A DNA stretch of 64,000 nucleotides. Source: Chiloscyllium plagiosum (taxonomy: Eukaryota). Positions 44,701-56,700 of this stretch are shown here, in pieces. Under the pieces are notes generated by a model. That model did not search any database, was not told the DNA's origin, and saw only the letters and a list, made by a program, of their open reading frames with translations. Each line of letters opens with the position of its first letter. Position 1 is the first letter of the stretch. The position numbers and the translations under genes are program-made. The stretch lies in contig NC_057751.1 of assembly GCF_004010195.1 (NCBI RefSeq), forward strand, positions 232,979 to 296,978, written 5' to 3'.

Positions 44701-47700
44701 CTTCCTTCGAACCAATTGTCATCGACTCTTCGTATCAATGAGATTGTTTCACCCTGATACACAAACAAACAATCAGCTGAGGGGTTCTGGACTGGGGTGA
44801 AATATCGCCTGACTCCAACCCAAACTCCTCTGATTTGCTGCACACTTCCTCATCCACACTTCTGTGACCTCCAGAGCTGACTGTGAAGTGGATGGTCTCA
44901 TGCATCCTAACCTCAGTAAACCTTATCTCATCCAGAACTGTACTGTCCTGAATTTGATCACCTGGAGAGGCTCTCTGTTAAGCAATCCCTCCATTTCAAA
45001 ATTCTCATTCTTGTTTTCACACCTTTCAATATCTCTGGAATTTCCTTTACGTCTACAACTTTCAAAAGTCTCTATGCTTTATTAAGTGTGGCCTTTTACA
45101 CATTCTCAGTTTCCATCATTCTATCCTTGGCACCATGTTTTCAGCTGCCTGGATCCTAAGCTCCGGAATTTCTTCCCTCAGCCTCTTTGCACCTCTAAAT
45201 CTCACTTTGCCTTTAATATATTCCTTAAAGTTGAAACTTTATTGCTGGAACAGCACAGCAGGTCAGGCAGCATCCAGGGAACAGGAGATTCGACGAACAC
45301 TTGCGCCCACACCTCCCCCCTCACTTCTCTCCAAGGCCCCAAAGGAAACTTCCATATCCGCCACAGATTCACCTGCACCTCCACCCACATCATCTACTGC
45401 ATCCGCTGCAGCCGGTGTGGCCTCCTCTATATTGGGGAGACAGGCCGCCTACTTGCGGAGCGATTCAGAGAGCACCTCTGGGCCACCCGGACGAACCAAC
45501 CCAACCAACCTGTAGCACAGCATTTCAACTCCCCCTCCCACTCCACCGAGGATATGCAGGTCATTGGACTCATCCACCGCCAAACCACAACAACCCGACG
45601 GTCGGAGGAGGAGCGTCTTATCTTCCGACTGGGAACCCTCCAACCGCAGGGGATGAACTTGGACTTCACCAGTTTCTTCATCCCCCCTCCCCCCACCTTG
45701 TCTCAGCCGGATCCCTCCAGCCCGGCACCGCCTTCCTGACCTGCAGTCTTCTTCTTGACCTCTCCGCCTCCATCCTACTCCGACCTATCACCCTCACCTT
45801 GACCTCTTTCCACCTATCACATTTCCAACGCCCCTCCTCCAAGTCCCTCCTCCCTACCTTTTATCTTCTCCTGCTGAACACTCTCTGCTCATTCCTGAAG
45901 AAGGGCCTGTGCCCGAAACGTCGAATCTCTGTTCCATGGATGCTGCCTGACCTGCTGTGCTGTTCCAGCAATAAAGTTTCAACTTTGATCTCCAGCATCT
46001 GCAGACCTCACTTTCTCCTCGAATATATTCCTTAAAACCAACCAGTTCAATTAAACTGTTACACATCTGTCTCAACACCTGCTGATGTGACTTGGTAACA
46101 AAACCTTTCCTCGATAACTGCTCCTGGGAAGTGCCTTCGGTAGTTTTACAAAATTAAAGGTGCAATATACATTTGCTGTCATAACTGTTGATCATTCTAC
46201 AAGATGCTGCGATTACTCACATCCAGGAACATGGACATCCTCAAACCAGAATTAACTTCTATCTTCAGAAACCAGGATTATCTGTTTGATACCTTTAAAT
46301 TTATGAAAAGAGCTGAAAGGATAGATGTGGAGAAGATGTTTTCACTTGTAGAGAGAAGGAGACTCAGGACAGAAATAGAAGTCAGAAAACAATCTAATGG
46401 GGGAATAGAATCGGATGTAGGAGATTAAATGTACTCTTATGGAGCAGAGACACCAGGAGGGATTGCTTGGGCTGAATATGCTGTCCATATTCATGATATC
46501 TGGATAAGGCAAGCATTCTGCTAACACTCTTTTAAATTGCTGACACCACCTCAACCATGATTCCTGCACATGGATCACTCTCTCATTTTGGTCACTGCCC
46601 AGGCTCAAACTGCAGTTGGCAACTCAACTTTCTGCACTTGTCTAACTTTCCACTCACCCAAGTTTCTCACTGAGCTCTGCACATCTGCATCAATTCCTTT
46701 CCACTGCAGCACTCATAGGGCACTCAGAATTTTCTCCTTGTCCTTGGCTCACTCCCACTCTGAACAAGGCTCACTGTCTGTGGCGGCCTTCTGTCTCCTA
46801 AAGTGATGGTTTCCCTGTGATAGTCAGCTTTGTGTTTGGCTCACATTAGCACAGAAATCTCTGGGATATTTGCTGCAGAAGATGACAGTGGGTGTGACTC
46901 ACAAGCTCTGTTTCTCAGGGCCCTCTTCTCAGCCAGCTGAGCTTTCTGCTTCTGTTCACCTTTCCACCATCTCCCAGTTGGCAGTGTTAATGTCCTTGCT
47001 TGCAGGTGTCCTCGATCCAGAGATATGGGTGCCAGGATGGTGTGGCCCAATGGTCAGCTCACTATGTGGAAGATCATTGAGTGTACAGCTCGCCTTCATT
47101 CAATGAATGTGGCCCAGCCAATACAGACTTGTTGGCTTCGCAATGAGTTGGTAAGCTTGTCTGACCAAGACATGCCAGAGATATCTGAGACAGAGAAGGT
47201 GGAAATAGCTCAGCCTTTTCGCCTACCTAACATATGGTTCTCAGGCCTCACTATGTAGAAGAGCTTGCAGAGGTTAGGGTTTGGTCCACTCACAGTGTGA
47301 TGTTCTTGATCAAGATGCTGTTGGTACACACTCTGTTACTCAGTTCAGATACAGCACTGCAGCTTTTGTGTTGCCTGTGTTGATTTCAGCATCAAGTGAT
47401 AGATGAGTGAGACCTGCAACGCCGAAGTCGATGAAGTCATACTCAGTGTTGATAAATGGCAGGGTAGCAACATCCTGGATGATGGCATTGTCTTCCTGAT
47501 GTTGATGGTTAAAATAGACCATTTCCATGTAAGAGAGTTTGTGTGTTTGCGCTGAAAATGTTCCTCAGTGCAAAATGTTCATGTGGGATCAGTGGCATTA
47601 AGCAGCTCTCAGATAAGAATTTGGTGTACTTTTGCCTTGGATCTCAGGCAAGCACAGCTTTCTGTCAGTTCTGTATCATTAAGGAGACATTCTCTGTTGA

Positions 47701-50700
47701 TGAGCTGAAGGCCTGTGACAGCAGCAAAGAGAATAATATGCTGAGGAAAGTGTTCTGATGTTGTCCGAATATGAGCTGGCCTTATCCACCATACTGTTAT
47801 CAGTCGAGGAGGTCACAGTGAGGTGTTTAACAGGCAGCAAATATTTTCCAGCTATTCACATGTTTGCATGCCTTCGTGAGATTGATGAAGGCATTATCTC
47901 CTTTGTTCAGAGCTTTTCTTTTGCAGCTGTAGGACTGAGATGATCACAACAATTGTAGATCATACCATTACTTAGGATGAGGGTTGGATATGTCTTACCA
48001 GGACCTGCAGTCTGACAAGGGTAATTTGATCAACTACTTTTCCCGTGATGTGCAGCAGGAGGGAGAGATGTTGATAGCTGTTGCAATTGGCTGCAGCCAC
48101 CCTTGTTCTTGGGCAGGATCACAATCTTTTCATCACACATTTCTTACCGCACTGGCCTCTACTTCTTGTAGAGGCTGGGAAGTTAGTGCAGATGCTGCAG
48201 GATTGCTGGTTTCCCCTGATTGAGAAGCTCTGATGGTGCAGCATCAGCTGCTCTACCGTAGCTTTGATATCCATCGTGACAAGCAGGCTCTCTATGATGT
48301 CTGGAGCTTCCTCCGTGACAGTTTTCTCCCCACAGTATAACAAAGGTACTGTTGGAGTCCAAACGAGAGTCCCTGTACAGACTGGGTCAGTAAGACAATA
48401 CAGTCACTGGGAATATTGTCAAAAATCTGGTGAATTGCAGGGAATGCACAACTGCTCCAACACTCACTGAACCTGAAACTGCTCGATTGTAACTTCCTGC
48501 TGCCTGAACCAGTTCACAATCCCTGTGCAAATCTCCACATTCCCACAAGATGGCGCTGACACTCAGGCCGGGGAGCCTAGAGTGAAGGAGAGAGTGAAAG
48601 TGTGAGGCAGAGACAGAGAGACAGAGACAGCGAAAGAAATATTATATCAGAATTTGAGCATGATACAGCGTGAGAGGAGGACATTCATCGATTCATGCCT
48701 GTGCAAGCTCTGCTGTCTGTCCCCTGACCCATTTTCCTATGAACACTGATTTTGCACCCTCATTTGAAGGTTGTCATGTTCCAAATAATCTGGATTTACT
48801 TTTGTTAAATTAAAACTTTACAGACACACACCTTGCGAAAAGAGAGCTCCACACTTAAATTTCCCTTGAAGTTAAATATGGCAACAGCTTCTCCATACTC
48901 CAGGATTTGGATGGGTGGGTTCTTGATTGGTGTTGGTCTCTCAGTGTCAGGAATAAACTGAAATAGGAAAGCAAGAGATGAAATATCAGTCAGTTCACAG
49001 TAGAGAATCGAGTCAACATGGGGAAAAGGCGGGAGATTGGCAGTCACTAATGCTGTAACGATTCTGTGAGCCCACTGAGGCTGGGATTGCAGTGAAATGT
49101 CACAGACCCCTCGTCGCCTGATACTGCTCTGTTAGGGGAGGCAATGTCCTAATTGTATTATCACTAGAATATTGTTGAGGGCAGCACGGTGGCCCAGTGG
49201 CACTGCTGCCTCACAGCGCCAGGGACCCAGGTTCAATTCCAGCCTCAAGTAACTGTCTGTGTGGAGTTTGCACGTTCTCCCCATGTCTGTGTGGGTTTCT
49301 CTGTCCTTCGAGCAACGAACCAGTGATTTAGTGCATTTTGCAGTCCTCCCAGAAATGGGTGAGTTTTTATCCTTGTGTGAGAGAGGAAAATCATACCAGA
49401 ACATATTACCTCAACATAAGATGTTGGGAAGATCCCGAGCCTCCCATAGTGCTCCCCTTTCAGCCAGTTCTGGTCGAGCACTTTATGGATGTAAACAACG
49501 TCTCCCTTCTGAAGAGTAAGTTCCCTGGAGAGCCAACCATATAAATCATATCAAAGCAATGGTCAAAGGTTGTAGGATGCCCATAATTCAAAGAGAAATG
49601 ACTGCAACACAAGACACCAAGCAGCCAATGTCCAGTTCTATCATCGAAGACAAAAAAGGTTTCTTGGAGCAGCTGCCCAAGGGCATGACAGCAACATCTG
49701 TAGAGAGTGGGATTTTCAGAAAGAGAGAACAAACTTACTCAGGCACTTAACTCCCACTCTTCTGAATCCTAACAATTTATCCACATTGGATACAGTTGGA
49801 TAGACCTCATGTGCCTTCCCAGTAACTGATTGAGTCCTCAGTTACAGACTGGCTAGCAGAATCTATTCAACCACAAGGGTTTCCAGAATTCAATCACTGA
49901 ATCCACATATGAGAAAGTGAGGGAGTCACTGGCTACTGAAATTCCCCCTACTCTGACTCACGGGACCAAAACCAGCTTTAATATTGGTTTGTGCCAACTG
50001 GGCACAGCCTCTTCTGCAGATGGACTAGTTCCAGCTTTCACTGGGTCTCAGGCCCACCTGACTTTATCATGTTCAGTCATATCTCAATCTCACTGGTTCT
50101 GGCACACTCAACTTACTTTGCAGATTCAGCCTGGAAGTCAAACTTGGCCCGTGCTGCCTTCATCTGTGAAGATAATAAGAAGGGTTAGGAGGAGAGAAGA
50201 GTCTGTGGGGGTTAAGCTCCCAGCCTGGTTCCCAATAGAAACAAACTGATTCAATTCAGTTTTTTCTGTTCTTTATTCTTTATAGGATTCGTGTTTCATT
50301 GCCTAGGGCAGCGTTTATTGTCCACCTGTAATTGTCCAGAGGCCAGTTAAGACACATTGCCGTGAGTCTGGAGTCATGTGCAGGACAGGCAAGGGTAAGG
50401 ATGCCTGATTTCCTTCCCTTCAGGACAGTGGTGAACCAGATAAGTTCTCTGACAATTGACAAAGCTCCAGTGGTGGTCACCATTAGCCAGATTTTCAATT
50501 CCAAATGTATTCACTGAATTCACATTCAAACAGACACAGAATAAAATTTGCTCTAGCCTTTTATACTGACTGTAAATCTCCCTATACGTGCATTGTCCCC
50601 ATCAACGAATCTCACGAGAGGTAGAACGTATAGCTTCCTTTACTTTATTAAACTGAATGTGAAGTTCTCTCTGCTCTTTTAAAGATCCCTGAACAGTGGC

Positions 50701-53700
50701 CGCAGCTAACATGTCCACAACAGGGTTAGATCCAGAACAAAGCTCCCTCTTCATTCTTCTGATCTTTCAGAGTACTTGGGATTTTTTTAACCATCTGAGA
50801 ATTGATGATCCGAAGAGCAAGATTGTAGACAGGGCAGCACTCTCTCGGTCTTGTCCTAATGTCGAGTGGCAATCTGGCTTTTAGGCTGAAGGCTGTGCAG
50901 TGGTATAGGAATAGTCTGATTTGGAAATACTGTCTTCTGCTGCCAGTTTGTTTCCTGTGTGTGACCTTCCATACTTATGGAAGGCTGCACACCTGTTCAG
51001 TTCACAGGGAATATTGTTTGTTTGTTGTATTTCCCCAAAGAGCACTGGGGAAAGTTTCATGGCTATTCAACCGACCACCGTGACACAGGACCATAATTCA
51101 CCTTCCTGACTGGCTGCGCCTGGAGCTAAAAATTGTTTGCGCCTCATTATTCTCTCTCATGACTACTCTCTGAGCGATGAGATTTGAGGACTATGTTTGG
51201 GATTAAATAACACGAAATACTGCACTGAGTGACCTTCAACCTGTTGTTGCTACCCAGCCCAGTCTCTGAGCTTACCTTTCGCGTTTCGGAGATGTGTGGC
51301 CCATCTGTCAGGTTGTCTTGTCTCCCATCAGGACTGTTCCCATTATTCACACAGCTCCGAGGACCTACAAAGAAAGAGAATGGAAAGGCTAGCACTTCCA
51401 TCGCACCCTTTCACCATCGCAGAATATCCCAAACTGTTTTACAGCCACTGATCAACTTCGTGATGTGGAGCCATGGTTGTCACATCCGAAACAGAGCAAA
51501 CGCTTTGCTTTATCAGCTGACCTCAGAGATGGCATCTCTGAAAGTGCAGCACTCTGACAGAACGACACAGGGCCTGTCAGTCTGCGCTGTGTACCCTGGG
51601 GCCAAATATTTATCCCTCAACAACATTTCATAAAGGAGTTATTTGGTTCTTGTTGTTGTATAATTGGATGGATATGACAAGATTAATCTGAGCTCAGCCA
51701 CAGCTCTGCTGACTCTGCAGTACAACCACAAACCAAGAGGTGCAGTGTTATGCAGGTTGGGCACACAGCAAATGGAGTCTGGCCTGGTCTCTTCATGGAG
51801 ATTCACGCGTCTTATTTAGTTCTTGTTAATCATTGTTCATGTCCCAGAGTTAATGTAACCTGTACATAATCACTGTGATGTTATTGTCTAAGACAAGTCT
51901 TACAAGACTTGTTTCTAGTCCATCCTTCACCACAGACTGCTTGAAAGCTCCTCACAAGAATAAGTGGACTGATGGCAGCATTCTTCCCCAACTGGCCTTT
52001 CTCATCACTACTCGAACACTGGTCCTGCTGCTGTACGTGGGAGCTGGTTGAGGGTAAACCTGCAGCTTTGCTTCCTACATAACCAAGCTTCAAACATGAG
52101 TAAACTGGCTGCAAGCTGGTTTGGAACATCTTGACGGTCTGACTGGCGCTAGTGAAATGCAACTCCTTTCTTCTCACCTCCTGAAGATGCTGGGTGATCT
52201 CTGGTGCCAGTGTCTCCATGGAGGCTCTGGTTGCCAGGCAACTCGCTGCATTGACCACTGGGTTGGAGATTGACGGACGACTGTTCCCACCTGGGAGGTG
52301 TGCTCATTACACTGGAGCAAGAAGAGAAAAGTGTAAAGTGTTATACAGTTCACTCAGGGTAGTAAAACCCAGCCTGGAAACCCTCTCTTCAATCTACACT
52401 CAAAGGGGAGTCCCGACTCATGGCAACTGATCAAACATTGACAAGCCGAATAAAACAAAGAACGTTGCTCCAAACTCCACTGACAAATTATTTTCAGAAA
52501 CTAAAATGACAACAGTCACACCCGATAACAAACAAACAGGAATCAGAGAGTACAAAATGACATAGGGAAAAGTGTGGAAACAGAGGCAGAACAACGTGTC
52601 CTTGAAACAGTGTGCTGGAAATATCCAGCAGGTCAGGCAATGTCTGTGCGAGGGAGACAAAGTTAATGATTCCAATTGTATAGGACTCCAACTGCTGAAC
52701 ATTTTGTCCTTGTTCAGGCTGGGCACTATCGTTGTGAATGAGCAAAACGTCCTCGTAAATAAATTCAACATCCACTTACAGTGCAGAGATTAAACTTGTA
52801 CACAGCCTCCAACTGTGGTCTCGTGGTACCAGGCTTTGCAGAGATTTACAACTTTTTGTCCACTTTGAAAGTCTTGCCTCTGGCTGGAAATCTGTGACCA
52901 GACCAGGTCTTTGCCTGGAGGACTGCTCCAAATAAACCCCCAAATCCCTCTGCTCCCACACGGCTCGCAGATTGACAGATAACACCAGCATCAGCTGTCA
53001 CTAGACTGCATTTATTCTTCAGAGCCCAATATTGTCAGGCCACTCTCGTTTCTAAAGAGCTATTCATTAACAAGACAGAGCCAACCATGCCTGCAAAGCT
53101 GTTCTGTATATTAATCACGTTGTCCGACACAGCAACAGCTATCTCCTGCATATTAATGAGTCTCTCCTGCATATTAATAAGTCTGTCTGCATTCCATTGA
53201 GTGACCTGCATGTTTCTTACTAAATTATGCACAATTCTTTCTTTCTCCAATTTGATCGGTGAAATTCTTTCTCAGTCTGCCCCTCCCTTTCTCTCTCCCT
53301 CCATTGAACACTGTCTGCCTCTCCCACTAATGCTTGTTCAATAACAGTTTGCATTCATCATTGCTTCTCAAATGGGTGGGTAGTAATTCAAAACCAGACC
53401 CCACCCAGTCAAATCCAGTTTTACCCAGTGATTCAGAGCCTCTACTAATAGGTGGTAACAGGCATCAAGTGGTGTGGCTAAGCTGATCAAATAGGCCTTC
53501 TCTGGAAGAAAAGCTGTCTTTGGGTTACAATGGATGTCTGATGGGAACAAGGATCAGACAGAAAACATGTTTCTTCCAGAAGATGTAAACCACAGGCTCA
53601 ATTCCATGTTGGTATTGTGTCTTCCTTGCCCTACCTTAATTTCCGACCATATTTGGAATAATCTGATGCCAGTGGAGAAAAGAACCCCATTTGTGTTCAA

Positions 53701-56700
53701 ACCTCATGTCACATCAGGGAGACCCAGTGAGGACAGTCCATTTCTTCCCAGCTCAATCTTGTTGATGCCTAGGCCCTCAATCCAACAAGGTGAACCTCCA
53801 ATCTGGTTGAGTGAGATTCAGTACAGGCAATCAGGAAGTGACTGTTGTCTTATAATAACCAAGCCACTCAACGGCTGCAGATGTGACACCTGCCCAGATT
53901 AAGCCCGTTTGTGACTGCAGCCCCACACCAACATAGTCTAACTGCCCTCTAAAGTGCTCCAACGTAACATAGGATAAGATAAAGCTGATTGAAAGGCCCC
54001 CAACAGCACTGTTTCAAGGGACAGGATCATTCAAAGTTTGTGCGATGATTTGTAGCTCGGGTGCTCATTGTTGTGGTTCTGTTTGCCGAGCTGGGAATTT
54101 GTGTTGCAGACGTTTCATCCCCTGTCTAGGTGATATCCTCAGTGCTTGGGAGGTTCCTGTGAAGCGCTTCTGTGATGTTTCCTCCGGCATTTATAGTGAT
54201 TTGTATCTGCCGCTTCCGGTTGTCATTTCCAGCTGTCCGTTGCAGTGGTCAGTCTGAGAGTGGCTGTTGGTTTGTGTGCTGTTATGAGTCCTAGTGGTCG
54301 CAGTAGTCTGGATGTCAGTTCAGAAATGTTTTTGATGTATAGTAGTGTAGCTAGTCCTTTGGGTTGTGGCATGACCTCATTCTGTTGTCTTTCCCTTAGG
54401 CATCTGTTGATGAAATTGCTGGGGTATCTGTTTTTGGCGAATACATTGTATAGGTGTTCTTCTTCCTCTTTTTGCAGTTCTGGTGTACTGCAGTGTGTTG
54501 TGGCCCTTTTGAACAGTGTCTTTTGTGTGTGTTGGGGTAGTTGCTTTCGTAGTTTAGGACTTGGTCTGTGTGTGTGGCTTTCCTGTATACCTTTGTGGTG
54601 AATTCTCCGTTCGCTGTTCCCTGTACCATCACATCTAGGAATGGGAGTTGGTTGTCCTTTTCTTCCTCTCGAGTGAATCGGATTCCTGTGAGTGTGGCGT
54701 TGATGATCCGGTGTGTGTTCTCTATTTCTGTGTTTTTAATGATTACAAAGATATCATCTACATATCTGACCCAGACATTGGGTTGAATTTGCGGTAAGAC
54801 TGTTTGTTCTAACCTTTGCATTACTGCTTCTGCTATGAGTCCAGAGATGGGTGAACCCATGGGTGTGCCGTTGATTTGTTCATATATTTGGTTGTTGAAT
54901 GTGAAGTGTGTTGTGAGGCACAGGACCAGTAGTTTGAGTATGCAGTCTTTGTTGATAGGTTCACCATCCTGTTGTCTGTTCTGTATGTCTAGCAGGTTGG
55001 CTATTGTTTCTCTGGTTAGGGTTTCGTCGATAGAGGTGAACAGTGCCATTACATCGAATGAGACCATGGTTTCTTCCTTGTCTATGTGTATATTTCTGAT
55101 GATGCCCAAGAATTCCTGTGTTGACTGTATAGAGTGTCTGGATCCGCTGATCAGGTGTTTCAGTTTCTGCTGTAGTTCTTTAGCCAGTTTGTGTGATCGT
55201 GTCCCTGGTAGTGTTAGTATGGGTCTGAGTGGGATGTTTGGTTTGTGCACTTTAGGTAGTGCATAGAATCTGGGGGTGTTGTTGCTTTCAGGTTTCATTC
55301 TCTGTAGGTCAAACCTGGTTATCTGTCCGAATTCCTAGAGGCATGGCACTCATCCACAGATTCAATCAATAAGCAGATCGACCTGGACCCAATATACCGA
55401 CCACTGCAACGGACAGCTGGAACTGACAACCGGAAGCAGCAGGTACAAATCACTATAAATGCCGGAGGAAACAACATAGAAGCGCTTCACAGGAGGCTCC
55501 CAAGCACTGAGGATGTCACCTAGACAGGGGACGAAACATCTGCAACACAAATTCCCAGCTCGGCGAACAGGACAGGATCATGTTATATCACACTTCTGCA
55601 TTAGATAGTAGTACATATAACATCACACAGATGCTCTTGACAGTGATGTTCAGGTGAAAGAATGAGAAAAGGCCTTCTGTTCTGGCCTTATCGTGGAAGT
55701 GCTGAATGATGTTTGAAAACCTGATACAGTTATACAACACAGCAGCAGAAGCTAAGGCTTAGGGTTGGAGTCAAAGAAGTACAACAGGAGTTTTGAATGA
55801 AGGTCAGTGAGGTTTCAGAACATGACTCAGAACAAGGTCACGCTACAGTGGGGGAACAGGCTGGAAGGAACTTGCTGTGTTTGCCTCAGCACACAGAGGT
55901 TGCTAGTCTGTCTCCTGGATACATAGTGGATGTCCATACTCTGCTCCACCCAGATATAATTCATTGTAAACAACAAATTACTGTAGATGCTGAAATCTGC
56001 ATTGAAAACAACAAATGCTTGAGATCACAGGATCCATGGAAAGAGAGCAAACTAATGTTTTCAGTCGAGATGACTCTTCATCAGAGCTGAACTCTGTAAC
56101 CGTAACTCTCACGCCGGGTCACACTGTTGAATATTAACACAGGGTCTTGGCCCGCTGTTGGGGGGACAATGGAGGAAGCTCTTTCTGATGCAATGCCCAC
56201 TCCTGATAGGTGCAGCTAGTCTGTATTCATTCACTCTCACTGTGCCCTCATGAACAACCAACTGGCAGCTTCCAAAACGGCCACGACAGGAGACCCTGAC
56301 AAGACTAACTACAGACTTTGAGCTATTTTTAGCTTGACAAACTATCCATTTAGCAACAAGATTAAGTTTGCACTGAACCCCTGCAAAGGTGTCTGCAGAA
56401 TAATTACTTTGTAAATTAGGAGCTGAGGAGGCAACTTGAATGTTATCTGAACTCTTGTCTGGACATTTTTACAAAACTGTTTGCAATGCTATAGAAATAG
56501 CAGCATGAGGAGGCCATTCAGTCCATTAATCCTGCTCTCTCATTCAATATTATCACAGGGCCAGGAGTTGGCCATTCAGTTCTTTGAACCTGTTCCACCA
56601 TCAACAGGATCCTGCTGATCTGTGGCCTGACTCTGTGTACCTGTCTTTGACCCATATCCCTTAATACCTTTATTCATCTCAGATTTAAAATTAACAAATG

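Larger units (their letters stand above)
54031..55569 (-). mobile_element. Penelope-like element (Poseidon-type RT), 5'-truncated, internally deleted, with inverted pLTR copy
   Basis: RT ORF 54396-55298 ([40 protein letters not shown]); inverted repeat ~54031-54250 vs ~55330-55569; 12-bp TSD ggacaggatcat. Confidence 0.93.

Noticed and set aside
45301-46035. 244-aa Pro/His-rich ORF
   Set aside because: Alternative frame of the C-rich Penelope-like element
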